The notes beneath the pieces were generated by a model. The model was not told the origin of the DNA and did not search any database. It saw only the letters and a list, made by a program, of their open reading frames with translations. From assembly GCA_963708025.1 (NCBI GenBank), contig CAVPSB010000015.1:224001-288000 (forward strand): a DNA stretch of 64,000 bases, read 5' to 3'. Source of the DNA: an uncultured Candidatus Rokubacteria bacterium (GTDB lineage: Bacteria; Methylomirabilota; Methylomirabilia; Rokubacteriales; DASRDR01). Of this stretch, positions 32,319 to 42,623 are shown piece after piece. The position numbers and the translations under genes are program-made. Each line of letters starts with the position of its first letter. The first letter of the stretch is position 1.

Positions 32319-32528
32319 GTGCGCCGACTGGCTCTCACGCAGCTCGGTAGCTTCGAGGCCCGGCTGGACGATGGGCTGGTCCTGACCTTCCCGACGCGGA
32401 AGATCGAGGGCCTGCTGGCCCATCCCGCTCCAGCGCCGGGACAGGCCCCCCCACGCGACGACCTGGCCACCGTCCTCTGGCATCCGCATGGTCCGCGTGC
32501 CAGCCCACCGAAACTCCGGAGGAAGTGA
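32319..32528 (+). pseudogene. N-terminal remnant of a SARP/BTAD-type transcriptional activator
   Basis: RLALTQLGSFEARLD...PTRKIEGLLA...PGQAPPRDDLATVLW resembles the OmpR-like wHTH of SARP proteins; truncated. Confidence 0.55.
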
Positions 32529-32542
32529 GCGAAGCCGGAGTG

Positions 32543-34947
32543 ATGCGAGGAATCCTGGCGACGTCGCTCCTGGGCTTCACGCTGACCGCGTGCGCCGCCG
32601 CGCGGGAGCCCTCCACGGCCACGCCCCCGCCTCGCGCGGAGCGGCCGGTGTACGCGGTAGGCGACCGGTGGATCCGGAGCGACGGGGTCTACGACCTGAT
32701 CCGGATCGAGGACGACCGCTACGTCTTCTCGGCGGGGCCGGACCGGGAGGTGCAGCTCACCCGCGACCTGGGTCTGGCCAAGGTGGTGCAGGGTCTACCA
32801 GCGCCTGGAGTTCACGCCGCCGGCTCCACCGCCCTGGCCGCTCGAGGTCGGCAAGGTGGAGCGGACCGCCAGTGCCGTGACGGGCTCCGCGGTCGAGCAC
32901 ACCGGACGCGGGTCAGGGGGCGCCGGGTTCCGCGGCGGACCCGTCGAGCTCACCTGGACGGTGGAGGGCTACGAGCAGCTCGCGCTGCCCGCGGGTCGGG
33001 CCGGCGCCTTCCGCGTCTACCTCGAAGTCCGCTGGCGCCGCAACCGCCTGGTGTTGCTCTCGGAGCTCCGCCTCTGGTACGCGCCCGAGTTCGGCCAAAT
33101 CGTGAAGGCGGAGAGCCGGGAGCTGAGCCCGCTGAACTTCGAGGTGGTGGCGCTGGAGCGGGAGGCGCCCGCGCCGCTGCGGGTGACGCTGGAGACGCCG
33201 GCGAACCGGGTGCGGGTGACGGACCCGCGGATCCAGGTGACGGGGCGGGTGTCGAGCGGGGCCGGGGTGCGGCGGGTGGTGGTCACGCTGAACGCCGTCG
33301 AGGTCGCGCGGCTGGAGGAGGCGCCGCCGCGGCCGGTGGTGCGGCTGAACGTGCCGGTGACGCTGCGCCGGGGCCAGAACGTGCTGCTCGTGACGGCCGA
33401 GGACACGACGGGCGAGACCCTCCAGGAGGCGCGGACGGTCTTCTACGACCCGGCGACGGAGGCGTGGGAGGCGCGCGGGCTGCTGGCCGGGCCGGGGCCG
33501 GTCCGCGCGCAGGCGCCGCCGCCGGGGGCGGGGCTGGAGATCGCGCTGGTGGAGCCGCGGGACCAGGCGCGGGTGGAGCAGGACGGGGTGGCGCTGGCGG
33601 GGCTGGTGCGGAGCGGGCAGGGGGTGAGCCGGGTCCTGGTGACGCTGAACGGGCGGGAGGTGGGGCGGCTGGAGGAGCCGGGGCGGCCGCGCTCGGTGGC
33701 GCTGAACTTCCCGCTGACCTTGCGGGAGGGGCGGAACACGATCGTGGTGACGGCGACGGACCACGAGGGGACGCACTACCAGGAGGTGCGGGCGGTCCAT
33801 TACGAGCGGGTGCTGCCGCTGACGCTGGCCATCCGGTACCCGGAGGACCGGGCGCGGCTGACGGACGAGGTGACGGTGCTGGCGGCGGTGCTGACGTCGA
33901 GCCGCGGGGTGGCGCACGTGGCGGTGGCGGTGAACGGGGCGGAGGTGCACCAGCAGACGGAGCGGGCGCCGCAGCAAGTCGCTGGCGATCGCGGTGCCGG
34001 TGACATTGCGGCCGGGGGCGAACGCGATCGTGCTGAGCGCGAGCGAGCCCGACGGGACGCGGCGGCAGGAGATCCGCACGGTGGTCTACGAGCGGGCGCG
34101 GGGGGCGGAGGCGGCGCCGCCCCCGGTGGCGGCGCCGGCGCCGCCGGACCCGGCGCGGTGGGCGGTGGTGATCGGGGCGGGGCGGTACGAGGACCCGGCG
34201 ATCCCGCGGCTGCAGTACACGGTGCCGGACGCGGAGGCGCTCCACCGGTTCCTGACGGGGCCCGGAGGGTTCAAGCCGGAGCAGGTGCTGCTGCTGACGG
34301 ACCGGACGGAGCGGAAGCCGACGCTGCGGAACCTGAAGTGGGCGCTGGGGACGTTTCTGGCGCGGTCGGCGCGGAAGGAGGACACGGTCCTGATCTTCTT
34401 CGCGGGGCACGGGGCGCCGGAGGTGGACCCGCGGGGGCTGGAGCGGGACGGGCTGGCGAAGTACCTGGTGCCGGCGGACGCGGACCTGGACGACCTGTAC
34501 GCGACGGCGCTGCCGATGGACGAGCTGCAGACGATCTTCGGGCGGCTGGAGGCGGAGCGGGTGGTGGTGTTCCTGGACGCGTGCTACAGCGGCGAGGCGG
34601 GGGGGCGGACGTTCTCGTCGAAGCGGACGCGGGCCGGGCAGCTGGACGAGCTGTTCCTGGAGCGGCTGACGCGGGCGCGGGGGCGGACGATCATCGCGGC
34701 GGCGCGGCCGACGGAGCTGTCGCTGGAGCTGCCGGAGCTGGGGCACGGGCTGTTCACGTACTACCTGCTGGAGGGGCTGAAGGGCGCGGCCGACGGGGAC
34801 GGGGACCGACTGGTGACGGTGCAGGAGCTGTACGCGTACGTGGAGCGGCAGGTCGTCCAGCGGTCGCGGGCGGTGGGGGCGAGCCAGCATCCGATCATGA
34901 AGGGGGAGATCCAGGGGCCGCTCCCTCTGGTGAAGCTCGGCCCATGA
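32543..34947 (+). CDS. lipoprotein with Ig-like repeats and C-terminal caspase (peptidase C14) domain, paralogue 1; frameshifts near 32795-32830 and 33975
   Basis: Lipobox LTAC; three beta-sandwich repeats (L+xGxNxIxV); RWAVVIG, FFAGHG, FLDACYSG His-Cys dyad, GHGLFTYYL. Confidence 0.85.
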
Positions 34948-34974
34948 CCGGCGAGAAGCGACGGAGCCGGAGTG

Positions 34975-37377
34975 ATGCGGCGAATCCTGACGTGGTCGCT
35001 CCTGGGCGTCACGCTGACCGGGTGCGCCGCCGCGCGAGAGCCGTCCACGGCCGCGCCTCCGCCGCGGGCGGAGCCGCCGGTGTACGCGGTGGGCGACCGC
35101 TGGATCCGGAGCGACGGGGTCTACGACCTGATCCGGATCGAGGACGAGCGCTACGTCTTCTCGGCGGGGCCGGACCGCGAGGTGCAGCTCACCCGCGAGC
35201 TGGGTCTGGCCAAGGTGGTGAGGGGTCACCAGCGCCTGGAGTTCACGCCGCCGGCCCAGCCGCCCTGGCCGCTCGAGGTCGGCAAGGTGGAGCAGGCCGC
35301 CAGTGCCGTGACGGGCTCCGCCGTCGAGTACAGCGGACGCGGGTAAGGATGGGTGGGGTTTGGCGGGGCGGACCGGTCGAGCTGACCTGGACGGTGGAGG
35401 GCTACGAGCAGCTCGCGCTGCCCGCGGGTCGGGCGGGCGCGTTCCGGCTCTCGCTGGAGATGCGGCACCGCTATTACCGGCAGGCCGGTTCAATCGGCGC
35501 TCCGGCTCTGGTACGCGCCCGAGGTGGGCCAGATCGTGAAGGCGGAGAGCCGGGAGCTGATCCCGCTGAACTTCGAGGTGGTGGCGCTGGAGCGGGAGGC
35601 GCCCGCGCCGCTGCGGGTGACGCTGGAGACGCCGGCGAACCGGGTGCGGGTGACGGATCCGCAGATCCAGGTGACGGGCCGGGTGTCGAGCGGGGCCGGG
35701 GTGCGGCGGGTGGTGGTCACGCTGAACGCCGTCGAGGTCGCGCGGCTGGAGGAGGCGCCGCCCCGGCCGGTGGTCCGGCTGAACGTGCCGGTGACGCTGC
35801 GCCGGGGGCAGAACGTGCTGCTCGTCACCGCCGAGGACACAACGGGCGAGACCCTCCAGGAGGCGCGGACGGTCTTCTACGACCCGGCGACGGAGGCGCG
35901 GGCGGCGCGCGGGCTGCTGGCCGGGCCGGGGCCGGTCCGCGCGCAGGCGCCGCCGCCGGGGGCGGGGCTGGAGATCGCGCTGGTGGAGCCGCGGGACCAG
36001 GCGCGGGTGGAGCAGGACGGGGTGGCGCTGGCGGGGCTGGTGCGGAGCGGGCAGGGGGTGAGCCGGGTCCTGGTGACGCTGAACGGGCGGGAGGTGGGGC
36101 GGCTGGAGGAGCCGGGGCGGCCGCGCTCGGTGGCGCTGAACTTCCCGCTGACGCTGCGGGAGGGGCGGAACACGATCGTGGTGACGGCGACCGACCACGA
36201 GGGGACGCACTACCAGGAGGTGCGGGCGGTCCACTACGAGCGGGTGCTGCCGCTGACGCTGGCCATCCGGTACCCAGAGGACCGGGCGCGGCTGACGGAC
36301 GAGGTGACGGTGCTGGCGGCGGTGCTGACGTCGAGCCGCGGGGTGGCGCACGTGGCGGTGGCGGTGAACGGGGCGGAGGTGCACCAGCAGACGGAGCGGG
36401 CGCCGCAGCGATCGCTGGCGATCGCGGTGCCGGTGACACTGCGGCCGGGGGCGAACGCGATCGTGCTGAGCGCGAGCGAGGCGGACGGGACGCGGCGGCA
36501 GGAGATCCGCACGGTGGTCTACGAGCGGGCGCGGGGGGCGGAGGCGCCGCCCCCGGTGGCGGCGCCGGCGCCGCCGGACCCGGCGCGGTGGGCGGTGGTG
36601 ATCGGGGCGGGGCGGTACGAGGACCCGGCGATCCCGCGGCTGCAGTACACGGTGCCGGACGCGGAGGCGATCCACCGGTTCCTGACGGGGCCCGGAGGGT
36701 TCAAGGCGGAGCAGGTGCTGCTGCTGACGGACCGGACGGAGCGGAAGCCGACGCTGCGGAACCTGAAGTGGGCGCTGGGGACGTTTCTGGCGCGGTCGGC
36801 GCGGAAGGAGGACACGGTCCTGATCTTCTTCGCGGGGCACGGGGCGCCGGAGGTGGACCCGCGGGGGCTGGAGCGGGACGGGCTGGCGAAGTACCTGGTG
36901 CCGGCGGACGCGGACCTGGACGATTTGTACGCGACGGCGCTGCCGATGGACGAGCTGCAGACGATCTTCGGGCGGCTGGAGGCGGAGCGGGTGGTGGTGT
37001 TGCTGGACGCGTGCTACAGCGGGGAGGCGGGGGGGCGGACGTTTTCGTCGAAGCGGACGCGGGCCTCGCAGCTGGACGATTTGTTCCTGGAGCGGCTGAC
37101 GCGGGCGCGGGGGCGGACGATCATCGCGGCGGCGCGGCCGACGGAGCTGTCGCTGGAGCTGCCGGAGCTGGGGCACGGGCTGTTCACGTACTACGTGCTG
37201 GAGGGGCTGAAGGGGGCGGCGGACGGGGACGGGGACCGGCTGGTGACGGTGCAGGAGCTGTACGCGTACGTGGAGCGGCAGGTCATCCAGCGGTCGCGGG
37301 CGGTGGGGGCGAGCCAGCATCCGATCATGAAGGGGGAGATCCAGGGGCCGCTCCCCCTGGTGAAGCTCGGCCCATGA
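34975..37377 (+). CDS. lipoprotein with Ig-like repeats and caspase domain, paralogue 2; frameshifts near 35345 and 35495
   Basis: Lipobox LTGC; near-identical tandem duplicate of 32543-34947 with FAGHG and DACYSG. Confidence 0.85.
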
Positions 37378-39222
37378 GGAGTCCGCGCCGCGCCCGCCTG
37401 CTCCGGCTGTGGGCGGTCGGTGGCGTCGCCAGCCTGCTCGTCACGGGGATCTCCGCGCTCGGCTGGCTCGAGCCCCTCCAGGTCCGCGCCCAGGATCTCC
37501 TGCTCGCCCTCCGGGGCCAGACGACCGCCGGAGGCATCGTCCTCGTCGAGATCGACGACGAGGCGTTCGCCCGGCTGGGATACCGCCAGCCGCTCCCCCG
37601 CGAGTACCTGGCGCGGCTCGTCCGCGCCCTCGGACGGAGCGGCGCCGCCGTCGTCGGCCTGGACGTCTCGCTGGCGACGCCGACCACGCCCCGCCGAGGA
37701 CGCCGCGCTCGCGGGCGCGATCCGCGAGCTGGCGCCCGACGGCGTGAGCCGCGTGGTGCTCGCCGAGACGCGCGCTCCCGAGGGCGGACCGCTTGCCGAT
37801 CCCGCGCTCCGGCGGGCGGTCGTGCGTGGCGCCGCCGAGGTGCCGTTCGATCGCGACGGCGTGATCCGCCGGGCCGCGTTCGTACTCCCGCGGGGTGCCG
37901 GGCCGCCCGTCGCCGCTTTCAGCCTGGCGGTCGTGGGTCGCCTCGGGGGGATGGACCAGGGGGCCCTCGACGCGGCGGTGCGCGAAGAGCGCGGCGCGCC
38001 GCCCCTGCCGGCGTGGCGGCGCGACGGCGCCCGCGCCGACGATCCGGCGCCGGTACCGCTCCAGGCCGGCGAGCTGGTCCGGATCAACTTCGTCGGGCCC
38101 GCGCGAAGCTTCCTGACCGTGCCCAGCGATGCCGTCGCCGCCCTCGCGGCGCCCGGGGCCGAGGTCGCCGAGGACAACCCCTTCCGCGGGCGGGTCGTGC
38201 TGGTCGGCGGCACGTTCCGGGAGAGCCGCGAGTTCTACCCGACGCCCTTCGGCCCGATGGCCGGCGTCGAGGTGCACGCCAACCTGGTCCACATGCTCGC
38301 GACCCGGAGCTTCGTCCGCCCGGCCCGCTGGGGTCTCGGCGTGGCGCTTCAGCTCGGTCTCGTCCTGCTGGCCGGCCTGGCGTTCCTGTGGCTGCGGCCC
38401 CTGGCGGGGACGCTCGTCTCGGTGGGGGCAGCCCTCGCGATCGCGGTCCCGGCCAGCTACTGGGTCTTCCACGCGCAGGGGCACTCGGTGGACTTCGTGC
38501 TCCCGGTCCTCACGACCTGCCTGATGGGGGCGGGCACCGAGTGGCTCGCCCGCCGGCGCCTGCGCCAGGCGTTCGGGCGCTACGTGAGCCCCGAGGTCCT
38601 GACGCGGGTCCTGGCCGACGCGCCGAGCCTCCGCGGCGAGCGGCGCCGGGTCACGATGCTCTGCTCGGACCTGCGCGGGTTCACCGCGCTGGCGGAGGAC
38701 CGGCCGGCCGAGGCGGTGGCCGCCCAGCTCAGCGAGTACTTCGATGCGATGACCCGCGCCATCCTCGCCCACCGGGGGATGGTCAACGACTTCGTGGGCG
38801 ACGCCATCATGGCGACCTTCGGCGCCCCGATCGCCGACCCGGACCACGCGGGGCACGCGGTGCAGAGCGCGGTGGCGATGGAGCAGGGGCTCGCCGAGCT
38901 GAACCGGCGCTGGGAGGCGGCTGGGGTGCCATGCCTCCGCATGGGGGTCGCCGTCCACACCGGGGAGGTCTTCGTGGGGAACGTGGGCGGCCCGGTTCAC
39001 CTGAAGTACGCCGTCGTGGGCGACCCGGTGAACGTGGCCGCCCGCCTGGAGAGCCTGAACAAGGATCTGGGGACCACGATCCTGGTCTCGGAGGAGACGC
39101 GGGCGGCCCTGGGCGACCGGGTGACGGTGCGCGACCGCGGCACGATCCCCGTGCGCGGGCGCACCCAGCCGCTCCGGGTCTACGAGGTGCTGGACGTAGC
39201 GCAGCAGGAAGGGAGAGCGTCG
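37374..39222 (+). CDS. CHASE2-domain class III nucleotidyl cyclase; frameshift near 37690; reads in frame into the next gene
   Basis: IVLVEIDD, PLPREYLARL, VVGLDV, DRDGVIRR, MAGVEVHAN (CHASE2), 3 TM, FGRYVSPEV, SDLRGFT, FVGDAIMA, GDPVNVAARLE. Confidence 0.9.
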
Positions 39223-40170
39223 ATGCGGGCACGCGTGGCGATCCTCGGCGCGGTGGCGTGGCTCGTCGGGTCGGGGCTGGCGTGGGCGGCGGACCCGGTG
39301 GCGGTGCTGACCGAGATCCGCCCGGGCCAGGGCGAGGTTCGCGTGAAGCTGGCCAGCGAGGCCGACTGGAAGGCCCCGCGGCCGCTCCTGGCGCTGCGCC
39401 CGGGAGACCAGGTGCGGGTCCTGGGGGACGGCCAGGCCGTCCTCGTCTTCACGGGCGGCCAGGCTACCCAGGTGGTGACCCAGGCGAACTCGCCGTTCGC
39501 CGTGCAGGCGCCCCGGCCCGCGAGCGGCGCCGAGCGCGTCCGGGGGCTGCTCGGCAGCCTGACGGAGTTCCTGCTCGGCCAGCAGAGCGAGCCGGCCTAC
39601 CGGCCGCTCACGACGCGGACCGTGCGCCAGCGGCCCGTCATAGTCTCGCCCCGGGAGACGCGGCTCCTGCCCGGCCCGGTGCGGCTCGAGTGGCAGGGCA
39701 CTGACCACCTGCGCTACCGGATCCGCGTCGTCGGCCCCCGCGGGACCGTGTGGGAGCAGGGCGATCTGCCGCGCCAGCCCTACGAGTACCCGGGCGTGGC
39801 GCCGACCCTGGACCCCGGCGTCCGCTACGTATGGGAGCTGGAGGCCCGCGGCCACCCGTCGCAGCAGGCGGCCTTCGAGCTGCTCCCGGCGGTCGAGGCC
39901 GACCGGATCCGGGCCGACCTGGCGCTGCTCCAGCCGGGCGCCCTGGCCGGCGTCCCGCGGAACACCGTCGTCGTCCTCCGCGCCGGGCACCTCTTCCAGG
40001 AGGGCCTCTACCACGAGGCCCGGCGCGAGCTGCTGGCCGGCATCGCGGCCGATCCCGACGAGCCGACGCTCCACCAGCTCCTCGGCTGGGTCTACGAGCG
40101 CACCGGGCTCCCGGACCTGGCCGCCGAGGCGTTCGCCGAGGCGCAGTTCCTCTCGACGCGCGCGCCCTGA
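39223..40170 (+). CDS. exported protein (FecR-like N-terminal beta region, DUF928-like middle, TPR-like C-terminus)
   Basis: Purine-rich RBS, signal peptide ending AWA-A; LRPGDQVRV; YPGVAPTLDPGVRYVWEL; GLYHEARREL helical end. Domain names are by resemblance. Confidence 0.65.
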   Translation: MRARVAILGAVAWLVGSGLAWAADPVAVLTEIRPGQGEVRVKLASEADWKAPRPLLALRPGDQVRVLGDGQAVLVFTGGQATQVVTQANSPFAVQAPRPASGAERVRGLLGSLTEFLLGQQSEPAYRPLTTRTVRQRPVIVSPRETRLLPGPVRLEWQGTDHLRYRIRVVGPRGTVWEQGDLPRQPYEYPGVAPTLDPGVRYVWELEARGHPSQQAAFELLPAVEADRIRADLALLQPGALAGVPRNTVVVLRAGHLFQEGLYHEARRELLAGIAADPDEPTLHQLLGWVYERTGLPDLAAEAFAEAQFLSTRAP

Positions 40171-40193
40171 GTCGCGTGAGAAAAGGGGGAGGT

Positions 40194-41654
40194 ATGAGGA
40201 CGCTTTCGCTGGGGGTCCTGACCGGGGCGCTGCTGGCCGGGATCGCCGGGCCGGTCGCCGCCCAGGAGACGAAGCCGGGCTTCATCGTGAGCTTCAGCGG
40301 GGAGCTGCGGGTCCTGGGCTTCGCGGACAACAACATCTTCGACTTCACCGACACCGGGAAAATCAACCGGGTCGTCACCCGACCGATTCCCGGCATCGGC
40401 GTGATCGACCAGTGTGAACCGCCCCCCTGTAACAAGGACAGCGATGCCTTCTATTTCCAGCGCTGGCGGCTGTTCACCACGGTCGAGTCGGCCGACCTGA
40501 AGGCGCGCGTGGTCTGGGGCGCGGAGGTCGGCGACATCACCTGGGGTGTGGGCGGCGGAGCCTCCGGAGACGAGTACGGCACCGGCACGACCAACCGGTT
40601 CGGGACGAGCCGGGGCGGGGGCCTCGGCGCCGACGGCGTCAACGTCGAGACCAAGAACCTCTACCTCCAGTTCGACATCCCGTGGGTCCCGGGGATGAAC
40701 TTGCTGCTGGGGGCTCACAACATCCTCTTCATGGACTCGCCGCTCGGGGCGTTCCTGGACGACGACGCCTGGGGCATCCAGCTCAACTGGCGGCGGGAGC
40801 CGGTCGCCGTGCAGCTCTGGACGGCGAAGATCGACGAGAACGCGCGGGCCGACGCGGACGACAACCAGTTCTACGCGGCGCGGATCTGGGTGGACGTGAC
40901 GAAGGACGTCACCGTGAGCCTCGAAGGGCTGATCGTCGATGCCCAGTGCTTCGGCCGCCGGGAGCCGGTCCCGCCGGCCACGACCGGCACCTGCTTCTCG
41001 GCCGGCTTCGGCGACAACCTCTGGATCGGCAGCACCGTCCGGGCGACCCTCGGGTCCGTCCGGCTCGACGGCTCGGTCGTCTACGGCCAGCGCCTCCAGC
41101 TGTGCCCGGATTGCAGCGACGGGGTGGCCCGGGCGCGGGGCTGGGGCGTCCAGGCGAGCGCGCGAGCGCCCGTGGGGCCGGTGAGCCTGTGGGGCCAGGC
41201 CTGGTACACGACCGGTGACGACAAACAGCTCACCGGCGGGCCGTCCTCGGTCGCGTTCATCCCGCTCGCGGGAGACTCGGACAAGCTGCCGCTCCCGATC
41301 CACCAGGCCTCGTGGTACAGCGGGCCGCTGGTGGCCGAGTGGCTCACCGGGCTCAGTACGCTGGGCGCCCCCGGTGTCGGCAGCGCCAACTACGGGGATA
41401 TCACGGGCACGTATGGCGCGGGCACGTCGGCGATCGTCAGCCTCACGCCGGCCCTGTCGACGGGCGCCGGCCTCGCCTACGTGGGCGCCACGGACGCGCC
41501 CGGAATCTTCGGGAAGCACGTCGTGGAGCTGGACGCTGCGGTCTTCTACCAGTACAGCCCGAACCTCCTCTTCACGCTGCTCGCCGGGTACCTGGTCCCC
41601 GACACCGAGGACCACGCCTGGGGCATCGGCTTCCGGACCCGGTTCCTCTTCTGA
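40194..41654 (+). CDS. outer-membrane beta-barrel (porin-like) protein
   Basis: GGGAGG RBS, signal peptide, amphipathic strands, GADGVNVETKNLYLQFDIP, terminal GFRTRFLF (BAM signal). Confidence 0.8.
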   Translation: MRTLSLGVLTGALLAGIAGPVAAQETKPGFIVSFSGELRVLGFADNNIFDFTDTGKINRVVTRPIPGIGVIDQCEPPPCNKDSDAFYFQRWRLFTTVESADLKARVVWGAEVGDITWGVGGGASGDEYGTGTTNRFGTSRGGGLGADGVNVETKNLYLQFDIPWVPGMNLLLGAHNILFMDSPLGAFLDDDAWGIQLNWRREPVAVQLWTAKIDENARADADDNQFYAARIWVDVTKDVTVSLEGLIVDAQCFGRREPVPPATTGTCFSAGFGDNLWIGSTVRATLGSVRLDGSVVYGQRLQLCPDCSDGVARARGWGVQASARAPVGPVSLWGQAWYTTGDDKQLTGGPSSVAFIPLAGDSDKLPLPIHQASWYSGPLVAEWLTGLSTLGAPGVGSANYGDITGTYGAGTSAIVSLTPALSTGAGLAYVGATDAPGIFGKHVVELDAAVFYQYSPNLLFTLLAGYLVPDTEDHAWGIGFRTRFLF

Positions 41655-41805
41655 TCTCACGGAGAACAATTCCCGGCACCGACGGGGGCCCCCTCGAGGC
41701 TAGAATCACAACGAGAACGGTGGTGCACGTGGCGATGTGCACGGACCGCCGTCTCCCGACCTGACGCCGACGCATGGGACCCTTCGACCGCCAGTCCCCC
41801 TGTGC

Positions 41806-41860
41806 GCCGAACGCATGCTTCAGCGCCTGCGAAACCGGTCGGCTGACGCAGAAGTTGGGC
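41806..41860 (-). mobile_element. integron attC-like site downstream of the RelE/ParE toxin
   Basis: Minus strand GCCCAAC-ttctgcg-TCAGCCGACCGG-tttcg-CAGGCGCTGA-agcatgc-GTTCGGC, 13 bp after the toxin stop. Confidence 0.65.
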
Positions 41861-41873
41861 CGCCGCGGCGGCA

Positions 41874-42172
41874 TCACTCGCGTCCCACCCAGTACGTCGG
41901 ATCGGACGCCGCTTGAGATTCATCACCGCAAGGATCCGGATGCCGCTCGGCTTGATCTTGTAAAGCAGTGCGTAGGGAAATCGGCGGAGGAGACGACGAC
42001 GAACGGAACCACGGAGGATCACGCCAGCTTCGGGATGGTCGTCAATGGACTGTATACAGCGGTCGACCTCCTCGAGGAAAGAGGATCCCAGCCCGGGGCT
42101 CTCGAGGTCGTAGTACTGCGCGGCCTCGGTCAGCTCTCGTTCGGCGAGCCGGTGAAACTCGGGTGGAGCCAT
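41874..42172 (-). CDS. type II toxin, RelE/ParE family; 5-bp duplication shifts the last codons
   Basis: AERELTEAAQYY...GLGSSFLEEV...RRRLLRRFPYALLY...RILAVMNLKRRP(TYWVGRE*). Confidence 0.85.
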
Positions 42173-42397
42173 TCATTTCAGCTTCGCCCGAGCGTCCCGG
42201 AGCACATCGGCGGCTGGACGGGCAGAACCTGGCGCTGAGTCCCACTCGGCATCGCGCCGATCAGCCTCCTCCGCCCAGAGGCGCTCATTCTCCGGGTCCG
42301 AGAGCGTTTCGAGACTCTCGAGCAGCTTCTTGGCCAGTCGCGCCCGCGCCTGGGGATCCAGCTTGAGGGCTTCGGCCTCGATTTCGTCGATGCTCAT
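42173..42397 (-). CDS. addiction-module antitoxin
   Basis: MSIDEIEAEALKL...RARLAKKLLESL...WAEEADRR; directly upstream of the toxin. Confidence 0.85.
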   Translation of the reverse strand: MSIDEIEAEALKLDPQARARLAKKLLESLETLSDPENERLWAEEADRRDAEWDSAPGSARPAADVLRDARAKLK

Positions 42398-42440
42398 GCT
42401 CAGCATTCTACTACCACGCGGCCAGGCAAACCTTGTCACC

Positions 42441-42542
42441 CATTACAACCCCGAACTTCCTCTTCACGCTGCTCATCGGGTACGTGGTCCCGGACCTGGA
42501 GAACCACGCCTGGGCGGCTTCCGGATGCGCTTCCTCTTCTGA
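42441..42542 (+). pseudogene. diverged duplicate of the porin gene 3' end (41550-41654)
   Basis: CCGAACxTCCTCTTCACGCTGCTC...ACCACGCCTGGG...TTCCTCTTCTGA aligns by eye. Confidence 0.85.
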
Positions 42543-42623
42543 GGGCGCACCCGCCCGGCCTTGACCGGGCCCGCGTCCTTCTCCCATGCGCGGGGTCCGA
42601 CCCCCTGCCGCCCCGCAAGGGTC

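Noticed and set aside
33283-37320. Long minus-strand ORFs (and many similar shadow ORFs across the window)
   Set aside because: Antisense shadows of real genes caused by stop-codon scarcity at high GC; Arg/Pro/His-rich with no recognisable motifs
32856-39704. 2282-aa ORF as one giant protein
   Set aside because: It is a chimera of frames; long Gly/Ala-rich stretches are off-frame readings of the caspase and cyclase genes
41550-42542. Porin 3' duplicate as a diversity-generating retroelement VR/TR pair
   Set aside because: Mismatches are not restricted to adenines, there are indels, and no reverse transcriptase is in the window
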